Part shown: in pieces, positions 1 through 8,171 of the stretch
Position numbering within the stretch: the first letter of the stretch is position 1
How the letters are laid out: every line of letters starts with the position of its first letter
Source of the DNA: Ileibacterium sp.
Lineage (GTDB): Bacteria > Bacillota_I > Bacilli_A > Erysipelotrichales > Erysipelotrichaceae
Direction of reading: 5' to 3'
DNA length: 33,211 nt
Assembly: GCA_021443945.1 (NCBI GenBank)
Contig: JABUSF010000001.1
Coordinates: 77,208 to 110,418, forward strand
Translations under genes and position numbers: made by a program
Notes under the pieces: model-generated
What the model was told of the DNA's origin: nothing
The model's input: the letters and a program-made list of their open reading frames with translations, nothing else
Databases searched by the model: none

Positions 1-401
1 TCGACTAAAACGTCGATGAGACTGAGCATTTCATCGGTATCCGGCCCGTGACGGCGGCCTCCCTCCAGAAGATCCTGATCCAGAACGAAGCCAGTCCAGC
101 ACCAGATGTTTTTATTTGGATATTCCGCTTTGACCCGTTTTAACAAAGGAAGAAGCTCTTTCTGGTTCGCCAGTTCAAACGGTTCTCCTCCCAGGACAGA
201 AAGACCGGAGATGAACTCTGGCTTTAAAGCTTCCAGAATTTCATCTGCTGTCTCTTTGGTGAACGGTTTTCCGTAATCGAAATTCCAGGTCTGAGGCTGA
301 AAGCATCCCTGGCAGTGGTTGGTGCATCCGCTGACAAACAAAGACACCCGGCAGCCATTCCCGTTGGCAATGTCGATTTTCTTCAGTTCTCCGTAATTCA
401 T
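1..401 (-). CDS. nrdG: anaerobic ribonucleoside-triphosphate reductase activating protein (radical SAM); C-terminus lies beyond the window edge
   Basis: Own translation of the minus strand; it is absent from the ORF track because it runs off the window. Sequence: (MVPIN)MNYGELKKIDIANGNGCRVSLFVSGCTNHCQGCFQPQTWNFDYGKPF...LSVLGGEPF. It has the CxxxCxxC radical-SAM motif and the MNY... N-terminus typical of NrdG. An alternative in-frame ATG lies at 416. Confidence 0.85.
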   Translation of the reverse strand, partial: MNYGELKKIDIANGNGCRVSLFVSGCTNHCQGCFQPQTWNFDYGKPFTKETADEILEALKPEFISGLSVLGGEPFELANQKELLPLLKRVKAEYPNKNIWCWTGFVLDQDLLEGGRRHGPDTDEMLSLIDVLV

Positions 402-550
402 ATTGATTGGTACCATCCTTTTTCAAACGGCTTATTTTTGAGTTTGCCTGTGTGCATTATACATCAAAACAGTTTGGGCAAAGAGCTTTGGGCAAAAGCA
501 AAAGGGATCGAACCCCTGGCAAATACAGGGATCCAGTCATGAAAAAACTG

Positions 551-578
551 CTGATAAACAGGATGATTTTGGTATAAT
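551..578 (+). promoter_or_regulatory. sigma-A type promoter with extended -10 (CTGATA-16 nt-TGgTATAAT) upstream of the BlaI-like gene
   Basis: TGGTATAAT at 570-578 and a -35-like CTGATA at 551-556. The only downstream + strand gene starts at 719. Confidence 0.5.
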
Positions 579-718
579 ATTCAGGATTGGTGAAAAAGTT
601 GTGTATGAAAGGGCGAACAGGACAGCCGGCTGTCTGCAGGGTAGGAGAAGGCTGCTGCTGTCTGAAGAAGGGTTTGCCCGAAAAAGAAGGAGAACATATA
701 GAGAAGGAGAAGATACAT

Positions 719-1087
719 ATGAAGAAATCTGGCCTCACCAAAAGGGAGACGCAGATTATGAATGTCCTTTGGAACAGCGACGTCCCCCTGTCCTCCAACG
801 ACATTCTTCAAAAAGAACCGGAGCTTAGCCGCAACACGATTCAAATCGTTTTAAAAAAGCTTACGCAAATCGGCTTTATCGAAATTGCCGGTTTTGGCTA
901 TAACAAAAATGCTTTGACCCGGACTTTCCGCCCGATTGTTTCCCAGGAAGAGTATTTATGGGAATCTTTGTCGGATGACACCATGGAACGGTTGGCGGAA
1001 AGCTGCGTTTTGAGAACCAGCAGCACGGAATTTCTCAGAAAACTGGATGGAATGATCCATCAGAGAATGGAGCTGCTGAAAAACTGA
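719..1087 (+). CDS. BlaI/MecI/CopY-family winged-helix transcriptional repressor (no adjacent BlaR1-type sensor)
   Basis: MKKSGLTKRETQIMNVLWNSDVPLSSNDILQKEP..LSRNTIQIVLKKLTQIGFIE is typical of the penicillinase-repressor family. GGAGA lies about 9 nt upstream of the ATG at 719. The ORF-track start at 587 is an unlikely N-terminal extension. Confidence 0.75.
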   Translation: MKKSGLTKRETQIMNVLWNSDVPLSSNDILQKEPELSRNTIQIVLKKLTQIGFIEIAGFGYNKNALTRTFRPIVSQEEYLWESLSDDTMERLAESCVLRTSSTEFLRKLDGMIHQRMELLKN

Positions 1088-1095
1088 CTGCACAT

Positions 1096-1114
1096 AAAAA
1101 GGCCTCTGCAGGCC
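1096..1114 (-). terminator. intrinsic terminator closing the pilus operon (shared convergently with the BlaI-like gene)
   Basis: The minus strand reads GGCCT-GCAG-AGGCC followed by TTTTTAT, 40 nt after the adhesin stop. Confidence 0.55.
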
Positions 1115-1155
1115 GATTCTTTGCTGAAAAGAGTTCGGAATGCAAAGGCATTTTT

Positions 1156-4032
1156 TTATTGGGCTGAATTTGCTTTTCTTCTTTCAAAATACCAGAACCA
1201 TCCGCCAAGAGCGGCAAGGCTTGCTCCAAGCAGAACCAGACTTGTCATTCCGCTTCCTCCGGTGCTGGGCAGTTTGCTTTCGATCAGTTTGTTTTTCACG
1301 ATCAGATGCAGTCTGGCTGCTCCTGTCTGTTCATCCACACTGACGTTCAGATTCTGGGCAGGCTGATCCGGGCTGACCATGGTTTCATTGACCGCAAAGG
1401 CATAAATGTTTTGGGCGGGAACGATGTTGGGCGTAATCTTCCAGATTCTGGATTCTCCTTTTTCGTCGGTCTCCATTTCGTGATGGTCAGGGGCTTTTGT
1501 TTCTTTCAGGTAATAGGTTTTTCCATTTTCCAGATGTTCAAAAAGCAGGAGGCCTTCTTCGTTGGTTTCACTGTGTGCCGCTTCTTCGCTGCAGGCTTCG
1601 TCGGTATACAGGGCGAATTTGGCTCCTTCCAGTTTTTCGTTCAGATTGTTTTCCTTCAGAATTTCCAGAGATGGATTCTGGGGACTGTTTTCAATGATCA
1701 GGCCCTCCTTTTTCAAAACGGCCTGGGAATGGTCCTCCAGTTTTATGGTTCCATCGGAAGACACATTGAACACAATTTTCTGTTCCAGAGGTTTGTAACC
1801 GGGCAGTGGGTCTTGTTCCTGCAGAACATGCTGTCCGGCTTTCAGACGGGAAAGAACCATTTGCCCGTTTTCGTCAGTTTTCAGGGTCTCGGTTTTTCCT
1901 TTGGGATCCTGATGTTCAAACTGCACGCCGGCAAGGGGAACATCGGTGGACTGCTGCTTCTTGATGACCTTCAGTTCAATGGGTTTGTTGGTAACTTCAG
2001 CGGTGGAGTACACATTCAAATCGGCAGCGGTGTCTTTGGACTGCAGATTTTTGACCAGAACCCTGCTGTCGGATACATATCCGTCCGGTGCTTTGACTTC
2101 CTGAATGGTCAGTGTGCCCAAAGGCAGAACCGGCTTTCCGTTTTCGGTATAGAAGGGGCTGCCGCTGACTTTGTGAGCTTCATCCATTTTGATCTGCCCG
2201 TTGGCGTCGGTTTTGAGGGTCCAGGTTCGCAAAGGCTTTTTGCCCGCAGAAGCAGGATCTGTATCCATGTTGACCGGATAGTAATGGAAGACAAACTGAG
2301 CTCCTTCCACCGGCCGCTGATCCAGGGCATCCTTTTTCACCACCAGCAAATCCACCGGCACTCTTTGAGGCGTGTTGGGAAATTGGGCGGATGCCGTTTG
2401 ATTGGCCTGCACAATGACCTTCACCGCTTTGGTATCGATGGCAAAGCCTTTGGGAGCTTTGGTTTCCGTGATGGTGTACTGGCCTAAAGCCAGGCCGGAA
2501 AGGGTATTGGAGACGCCGCTGGCATCGGTTTTGAGCGTTCCCACTGGCTGTCCGGCGGCATTGGTGACCTGAAACTCGGCTCCTTCCAGAGAATACAGAG
2601 GGTTGTTCTGGGTCAGATCCGGACTGGCAGAGGATTTCTGCAGCTGCAGGGATCCATATTCAATTTTCTTTGGGGGATCGAAGGTGACGCCCGGCTGGGA
2701 CGGATGGTTCAGAGAACTGGTCACATAGACGGCTCCCCCGTAGCCGGTGTAATTGTTCGTATTGCGTTCGGCAAAGGACTCCGCATCGCTGATGAGATTG
2801 ACCTGATCTTCCCAGCTGAAGTTTCCGCCCATGGTGATGTGGCTGTTTCCAAAAGACATGCCAGGCTCCGTAAAGGAGAGGATCCGGTAAATGATGCACT
2901 GAATGATCATGTACTGCATGTTGCTGCCTTTCTGGCTGAACACTCCATAGGTTTTGCCGCTGATGGCCTGGGAGTTTTCCACGTAGTATTTGGCCAGAGA
3001 ACATTCCTGAATGGTCTGCGGGGTTAAAACACTGTTGATGTCCAGACGGACTTTCGGGCCGTTTTGAAACACGCCTAAGGGGTTGATGCAGAACGCATCC
3101 TGGTCATTGATGTACATGCGGGCAATATCGATGTTCTTAATGGGCACGTTATTGTTGCTGACAAGGGTGACCGTATGGAATGCATTTCCGATGCTGCCCA
3201 TATAGTTTCTGGCATCCCCCTGGGCAATGGGAATCAGCCCGGCAGTGGCTTCCTGATAAAGCTGGTTGTCCCAGAGCAGGTCGTTTACATTGCCAGGATA
3301 GATTTGAAAGGCTTCCTCATAAGCCTGCTGATAGGGGTCTTTGGAAGAACCGTCCTGAATTCTGGCAAACACCACTTCCAGATTCAGGCTTCCATGAATG
3401 GTTTCCTCTATGGATAAGCCGGATTTCTGGGCTTCTGTGACAGGATAGGCTTTGTGGTTGAGGGCGATGGTGTCCACCTGATATCCGGCCTGGGGAAGAA
3501 TGCGCGCCTGAAAGGAGCTGCCTTCTCTGGCGCTTTCCTGGACAAAGTCTGCCTGGACGCTTTTTTCAAAAGGGGAGCGGACCTGCACGCTGCCTCCGGC
3601 GCTGACCATCAGATTCACCGGAACAGAGGCTTTTTCATCGTCTTTCTGCATTTGAACCTGAGGGGCTTCTTCCGAGAAGTGCAGCTGGAGTTTGACATCC
3701 TCATCGGGCATGGTATAGGTCCAGGAGGACGGAACGCTCTCTTCAAACAGAGAGGTTCCATTTTCTGTGATCTGGTCCAAAACGGCGCCGCTTTGGCAGA
3801 CGGTTTCGATGACCAGATTCTGATTGGCTTTGACATCCAGCTGGATCCGGCCGTCCTGGCCAATGCTGTGCTGATCCTCATCGGTTTGGATCCGGGCTTC
3901 TCCCGGACCGGAAAGCTGTATTTCAAGATGGCGCACCGGCTGTTTGGCGGGCTCCTGGGCATAGACAGGCACACTCAGCCACAGGGCCGCAGCAGCCAGC
4001 GCTGCGCTTATTTTTTGTATCCATTTTTTCAT
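1156..4032 (-). CDS. LPXTG-anchored pilus tip adhesin candidate (958 aa) with C-terminal CnaB/SpaA-type stalk domains
   Basis: Signal peptide MKKWIQKISAALAAAALWLSVPVYAQE. C-terminal LPSTG (nt 1258-1272) followed by a hydrophobic stretch and an RRK tail. Repeated E-box-like modules: YTITETKAPKGF, LTIQEVKAPDGY, YYLKETKAPDHH. It is the last gene of the sortase operon. Confidence 0.85.
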   Translation of the reverse strand: MKKWIQKISAALAAAALWLSVPVYAQEPAKQPVRHLEIQLSGPGEARIQTDEDQHSIGQDGRIQLDVKANQNLVIETVCQSGAVLDQITENGTSLFEESVPSSWTYTMPDEDVKLQLHFSEEAPQVQMQKDDEKASVPVNLMVSAGGSVQVRSPFEKSVQADFVQESAREGSSFQARILPQAGYQVDTIALNHKAYPVTEAQKSGLSIEETIHGSLNLEVVFARIQDGSSKDPYQQAYEEAFQIYPGNVNDLLWDNQLYQEATAGLIPIAQGDARNYMGSIGNAFHTVTLVSNNNVPIKNIDIARMYINDQDAFCINPLGVFQNGPKVRLDINSVLTPQTIQECSLAKYYVENSQAISGKTYGVFSQKGSNMQYMIIQCIIYRILSFTEPGMSFGNSHITMGGNFSWEDQVNLISDAESFAERNTNNYTGYGGAVYVTSSLNHPSQPGVTFDPPKKIEYGSLQLQKSSASPDLTQNNPLYSLEGAEFQVTNAAGQPVGTLKTDASGVSNTLSGLALGQYTITETKAPKGFAIDTKAVKVIVQANQTASAQFPNTPQRVPVDLLVVKKDALDQRPVEGAQFVFHYYPVNMDTDPASAGKKPLRTWTLKTDANGQIKMDEAHKVSGSPFYTENGKPVLPLGTLTIQEVKAPDGYVSDSRVLVKNLQSKDTAADLNVYSTAEVTNKPIELKVIKKQQSTDVPLAGVQFEHQDPKGKTETLKTDENGQMVLSRLKAGQHVLQEQDPLPGYKPLEQKIVFNVSSDGTIKLEDHSQAVLKKEGLIIENSPQNPSLEILKENNLNEKLEGAKFALYTDEACSEEAAHSETNEEGLLLFEHLENGKTYYLKETKAPDHHEMETDEKGESRIWKITPNIVPAQNIYAFAVNETMVSPDQPAQNLNVSVDEQTGAARLHLIVKNKLIESKLPSTGGSGMTSLVLLGASLAALGGWFWYFERRKANSAQ

Positions 4033-4050
4033 GCTGTTTATTGATTCTTT

Positions 4051-4623
4051 CTAATCGGTTTGAACGGCTTCCTGCAGACGGATCACCCGTCTTGCCAGGT
4101 TGTCGTAGGTACACGTAAAGAGGGTTAAATCCCAGCGGTCTGGTTCCTGGCCCGTCAGCTTCTCCAGCTCATTTGGCTTTAAGGTTTCCATGCGGCTGAC
4201 CCGATAGGAGTGAAGGGTTTGATCTTCGTCGAGAATCTGCACTTCATCGTCCAGGTTTAAATGCATGACGGAACGAAACTGACTGGGGTCGTTGTGACCG
4301 GACAGGATGAGATCCCGGGTGTGAACGGATCCGGAAAAGACGCCGGCGCTGTAGCTGGATTCCTCCCAGCGGCTCAGGATGGGAAGCATCAGTCCGTCTT
4401 TGACAAAAATCAGAACACCGTCAAAGGTTTCTGAAACCGGCTGCTCCGTTTGGTCAGAGAGCACAGCTTCTTTATTCTGCCGGCGGCTGACCAGAGCCTG
4501 GACATCCTGCTGGGAGCGCTGCAGGTTTTGGGCCTGCTTCCAAAGGGAGGAAGGGACGATGCAGGCAAAGAAGATCAGGCAGACAATGCCAGCTCCTTCA
4601 CACCACAAAATCCGTTTATCCAT
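4051..4623 (-). CDS. compact sortase-family transpeptidase (190 aa, N-terminal TM only)
   Basis: His in LILSGHN, Cys in DLTLFTCTY and Arg in ARRVIR form the sortase catalytic triad pattern. The N-terminal hydrophobic segment is GAGIVCLIFFACIV. The start overlaps the upstream pilin stop by 8 nt (ATGGATAA). Confidence 0.8.
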   Translation of the reverse strand: MDKRILWCEGAGIVCLIFFACIVPSSLWKQAQNLQRSQQDVQALVSRRQNKEAVLSDQTEQPVSETFDGVLIFVKDGLMLPILSRWEESSYSAGVFSGSVHTRDLILSGHNDPSQFRSVMHLNLDDEVQILDEDQTLHSYRVSRMETLKPNELEKLTGQEPDRWDLTLFTCTYDNLARRVIRLQEAVQTD

Positions 4624-5527
4624 GATGCTTTTGGCGCCAGTTCAGAATGCCGGCAAACCCCAGCAGAATCATGCCGGCCAGTCCAAAGAGCCATCCCAGC
4701 CAGGTCCAGCTGCCGGAAAAGGGGATGGTCCCGGTAGTTTTGTTTTCTTTTTTCACGTTGGTCAAAAGGATCTGACCTTTTTTCTGGGTGGTGGAAAGAT
4801 TCCAGCCATCCAGCTTCGTGTTTTCGCTGACCGTCCAGGTTTTGGTTCCGTCGAGCCCTTCAAAAGTCTTCTTCCAGCCGTTTTTCTCGCTTAAGGTGAA
4901 GGTTTCGTATTTCTGGCCGTCCTGATACAGGGTGGCTTCAATGGAGGCAACGGGGGCTTTGGGATCCCATTGCTTGATGATTTCCAAATCCTGTACAGGC
5001 TCAGTGATGACACCTTTTGGCCAGGCGGTGACATCGTAGGTCCATACCCCTTCCTGGGTTCTGGAAGGCAGACACACCAGAAAGGGGGCGGCGGAATAGA
5101 GCTGATCGTTTTGGCAAACGGGGTTCACGCTGACCAGGTACAGCCCCTGTTCAATGGAGTAGAACTGAGCTTTTCCCTGAGAGTCGGTTTTGGCCTGATA
5201 GGTGGGGCTGATCTGGCTTTTGGCGGCATAGCTCATCAAAGAAGCCGCGCTTTGATCCCATTTGGAAGGATCCTCAGTTTCCGGAAGAACGGCCTGACTG
5301 TCCCGGAAGGCTTCGTCCAGCTGGAAGGGGCCGGATTCCACCACGTCGGCCACTTTATACAGAGAGAAGGAGGCCTCCCTGATTGGGGTCTGACTGGACG
5401 CATAGAGAATGCTTAAGGACACCGGTCGGTTTGGATCCAGCTTTTCCAGAGCCATGGCCGTAAGAGTGCACAGCAGAGGGCTCAGGCCGATCAGAACTGC
5501 AGCAAGCAGCTTGCAAAGTTTATTCAT
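4616..5527 (-). CDS. small pilin subunit (basal/minor pilin candidate) with canonical pilin-motif Lys and a non-canonical sorting signal
   Basis: Signal peptide MNKLCKLLAAVLIGLSPLLCTLTAMA. Pilin motif WTYDVTAWPKG, with the Lys codon at 5015-5017. CnaB-like module IIKQWDPK...GWKKTF. The C-terminus is IPFSG (nt 4712-4726), then a hydrophobic stretch and RQKHH. GGAG lies upstream of the ATG at 5527; the ORF-track start at 5554 is TTG. Confidence 0.75.
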   Translation of the reverse strand: MNKLCKLLAAVLIGLSPLLCTLTAMALEKLDPNRPVSLSILYASSQTPIREASFSLYKVADVVESGPFQLDEAFRDSQAVLPETEDPSKWDQSAASLMSYAAKSQISPTYQAKTDSQGKAQFYSIEQGLYLVSVNPVCQNDQLYSAAPFLVCLPSRTQEGVWTYDVTAWPKGVITEPVQDLEIIKQWDPKAPVASIEATLYQDGQKYETFTLSEKNGWKKTFEGLDGTKTWTVSENTKLDGWNLSTTQKKGQILLTNVKKENKTTGTIPFSGSWTWLGWLFGLAGMILLGFAGILNWRQKHHG

Positions 5528-6362
5528 TCGTTTTGTTTCTCCTTTGGGCGGCAAAGCGCCTGTAAAGCAGAGCCAGGCTGATGAGTACAGCCAGCAAACC
5601 CAGCCCCGCCGCTGCCCAGACTTGTTTCCAATACGGCAGAATAGCGGAAGGAAGCTCTGTTTCCAATGTTTGTTCGTAGGGGATTCGCCTGGCGTGAACC
5701 AGCAGCCGGTGGGAGTTGATTCCGTAAGGAGTGCAGGTCACCAGCGTGAGCAAATCTTCGTTTTCCACAATGTTCATTCCCTGGGTCTGCTCGGGAAGAA
5801 CCACCTCTTTGCCGGTCACTTCATAGGTGAGGGTCTGAGAAAGGATATGGATGAGAATTCTGTCCCCGGGCTTGAGCTGATCCAGATCAGAAAAAAGCCG
5901 GGCGGTGGGCAGACCGGTATGGCCGGTAATCACGGCATGGGTGCTCGGACCGCCGATGGGCAGGGACGTACCGGGAAGATGACCAGCTCCCAGACTCAGA
6001 TAGGAAGAGTCGGTTCCCTTGTAGATGGGCAGGCGAACGTGCAGAGCCGGAATTTCAATGGAACCGCACACGTCCCCTTCCAGGGGCATGGCTTCCAGAT
6101 AAGCCTGGGACTTTTCGTTCTGCCATTCCCACCGGAAGCCGTTTTCAGCCAGATAGCTGTTGAGCTGGCCGGCCAGATCCAGCTGCTTTTGCACTGACTC
6201 CAGCGTCTGGTTTTGAACGTCTTTGTCATACTGATCGATGACGCGCAGCGCTTTGGTGCGGTTGTACAGCTTGGCCGCAAAGGGATAGGCGGTGATGAGA
6301 ATTCCGCTGATGGTGATCAGGGCAAAGAAAAGGGTGCACAGTTTCCGGCCGGCTTTTCTCAT
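5520..6362 (-). CDS. class C (pilin-polymerising) sortase
   Basis: VITGHTG, TLVTCTPYGINSHRLLV and a C-terminal TM segment (AAAGLGLLAVLISLALLY) followed by basic residues. There is a 4-nt ATGA overlap with the major pilin stop. Confidence 0.85.
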   Translation of the reverse strand: MRKAGRKLCTLFFALITISGILITAYPFAAKLYNRTKALRVIDQYDKDVQNQTLESVQKQLDLAGQLNSYLAENGFRWEWQNEKSQAYLEAMPLEGDVCGSIEIPALHVRLPIYKGTDSSYLSLGAGHLPGTSLPIGGPSTHAVITGHTGLPTARLFSDLDQLKPGDRILIHILSQTLTYEVTGKEVVLPEQTQGMNIVENEDLLTLVTCTPYGINSHRLLVHARRIPYEQTLETELPSAILPYWKQVWAAAGLGLLAVLISLALLYRRFAAQRRNKTNE

Positions 6363-7990
6363 TGCTGATGGGCTGGTTTTTTGCGCAGAACAAAGTAAGC
6401 TGCGCCGGCTGCGGCCAGAATCAGACCGAAGCCAATGATTGCAGCGCTGCCCTGTCCGCCGGTTTCAGGAAGAATGGATCCTCTGGTGTCGGCCACGGTC
6501 AGTTTTGCCATCAGCCCATTGCCTCCAAAGGAAGATTCGGAGCTGTCCGTAATGATGCGTACGCTGTCCACCAGGCTGGTGTGGCTGGCGGTGGAGCCGT
6601 CATAGTTTTGAGGATGCTTTAAATTGGACTTCAGACGAAAGCGAATGGAATCCGGGTGACTGCTGTATCCGGCAGGCGGCAGTGTTTCGATTAAGGTGTA
6701 AGGTCCATTGTCCAGGCCGGAGATGGTGAATTGGCCGTTTTCGTCGGTTTTGAACACAGTAGCCTGGTCTTCAAAGGCCATGCAGTTGGTGACTTTTCCG
6801 TTTTCATCGGCGGCAATCCACAAGCCGGAAGGGGATTTCAGCTTGAACTGAGCGTTTTTCAGCTTGATGCTGGGTTTGTCCTTATCCACTTTGGTGATCT
6901 GCAGGGCATAGGTGAAAGCCACGCAGGTATCGGGCGGGGTCTGGCCGGTTTCCTGTTCATGTCCCGGGTTTGGATTGTTGGAGTATTCCAGCCAGCCGGT
7001 GTTTTTGTTTCCTTCAATGCCCACGTTGAAATCCCCGCTGGCTTTGGCGTAATACTTCACCACGATCATGGTGTTGGCATCGCTGATGCCGGCGGCTTTC
7101 AGATCCTCACAGACAAAGTCGGTTTCCACAGCGCGGTCTGTGGTGCGGGTCTGCTTTTTGAAGAACGATGTGATGTCTTCTTCTTCCCCGTCAGGCAGAA
7201 TGGCCCGGACAGAAAAGCTTCCGGTGGGTGTGAAGGCTTTGGTCATGGAGTCGTGGAAGATGTATTTGTAGGTTTTGTAGCTGGCATAGTTTTGAGGAAG
7301 CGTTCCCATCAGGCGGTAGGCCAAATCTTCGCCTCCGAAAAAGCCGGCGGTGTCATTTTCGTTGTCCTCCAGCAGCAGATTTGGAAAAGCGGCATCCACT
7401 TTGTCGTCCACCTGGGCTCTGTATTCCACAATCTTTTTGATCATGGCCGGCAGTCCGGTTTTCGGCTTCATGGAGACGTCGCCAACGACTTTGATCATGT
7501 ATTCGGAATAGGCGTCGTAGCCGTTCAGGGATTCATCCTGATCTTTGATGAGGTAATAGCCGGCGCTCAGCCCGTCAATGATGTAGGCTCCATTGACATT
7601 TTTGGAGACGGCCGCCGGTGCGCTCAGATGATCGGCTGCGGTATTTACAAACTCCTTGGTGAGGTTGAAGCTGTTTTTCTGATCCAGTACCTTGGCGGCA
7701 TCCGACGCGGACTGGATGGAGGAAAAAGCAGAGACTTTTTTCAGAGCGGTCTGCAGGTCTTTGCCGTTGACTCCGCTGCCCCAGACGATGTCAGACAGCG
7801 TGGTTTCATTGCGGTCCGTGGTCTGCAGGCGTCCAGAGAAAATCTGGTAGGCCTGATAGGTATGGCCGGGCTGGTCGTTGTTGATGGTGATGGAATAGCT
7901 TTCCTGGGCCTGTACGCCAGTGGTCAGCGACAGCATGGCCAAAAGGCACATGAAAAGCATCATTCCTGTCTGTTTGAAGATTTTAGTCAT
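6359..7990 (-). CDS. LPXTG-anchored major (backbone) pilin candidate
   Basis: Signal peptide. The HTYQAYQIFSG N-terminal motif is common in SpaH/EbpB-type pilins. Candidate pilin-motif lysines lie in VSMKPKTGLP. E-box YTLIETLPPAGY. LPETG at nt 6458-6472 is followed by a TM segment and an RKK tail. AAAGGA SD lies 4 nt upstream. Confidence 0.8.
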   Translation of the reverse strand: MTKIFKQTGMMLFMCLLAMLSLTTGVQAQESYSITINNDQPGHTYQAYQIFSGRLQTTDRNETTLSDIVWGSGVNGKDLQTALKKVSAFSSIQSASDAAKVLDQKNSFNLTKEFVNTAADHLSAPAAVSKNVNGAYIIDGLSAGYYLIKDQDESLNGYDAYSEYMIKVVGDVSMKPKTGLPAMIKKIVEYRAQVDDKVDAAFPNLLLEDNENDTAGFFGGEDLAYRLMGTLPQNYASYKTYKYIFHDSMTKAFTPTGSFSVRAILPDGEEEDITSFFKKQTRTTDRAVETDFVCEDLKAAGISDANTMIVVKYYAKASGDFNVGIEGNKNTGWLEYSNNPNPGHEQETGQTPPDTCVAFTYALQITKVDKDKPSIKLKNAQFKLKSPSGLWIAADENGKVTNCMAFEDQATVFKTDENGQFTISGLDNGPYTLIETLPPAGYSSHPDSIRFRLKSNLKHPQNYDGSTASHTSLVDSVRIITDSSESSFGGNGLMAKLTVADTRGSILPETGGQGSAAIIGFGLILAAAGAAYFVLRKKPAHQQ

Positions 7991-8133
7991 AGCATCCTTT
8001 CTGTTTCATCCCCTCTGTTTTCACAGATTGGGCGGACAGTAACTGTTAAGCGCGCTTGTTTCTGTCGTCGAAGTCAGTGTAGAAATGAAAGGTGAATTTC
8101 CATCCGCCCTGTGAACCGGGTCAAAAGAACATG

Positions 8134-8160
8134 AAAAAAGCCTTCCCGTTTCGGGAAGGC
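8134..8160 (-). terminator. intrinsic terminator after the DUF871 gene
   Basis: The minus strand reads GCCTTCCCG-AAA-CGGGAAGGC followed by TTTTTTCATG. Confidence 0.8.
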
Positions 8161-8171
8161 GAAGTGAAGGA

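Noticed and set aside
505-534. A tRNA-like T-arm on the minus strand (GGGGTTCGATCCC).
   Set aside because: I could not build a complementary acceptor stem, D-arm or anticodon arm from the flanking sequence. It is a chance T-loop-like hairpin or a decayed fragment, not a tRNA gene.
5273-5287. An internal LPETE in the small pilin, resembling a sortase motif.
   Set aside because: It lies about 80 residues from the N-terminus, is not followed by a hydrophobic or charged tail, and lacks the Gly. It is not a sorting signal.
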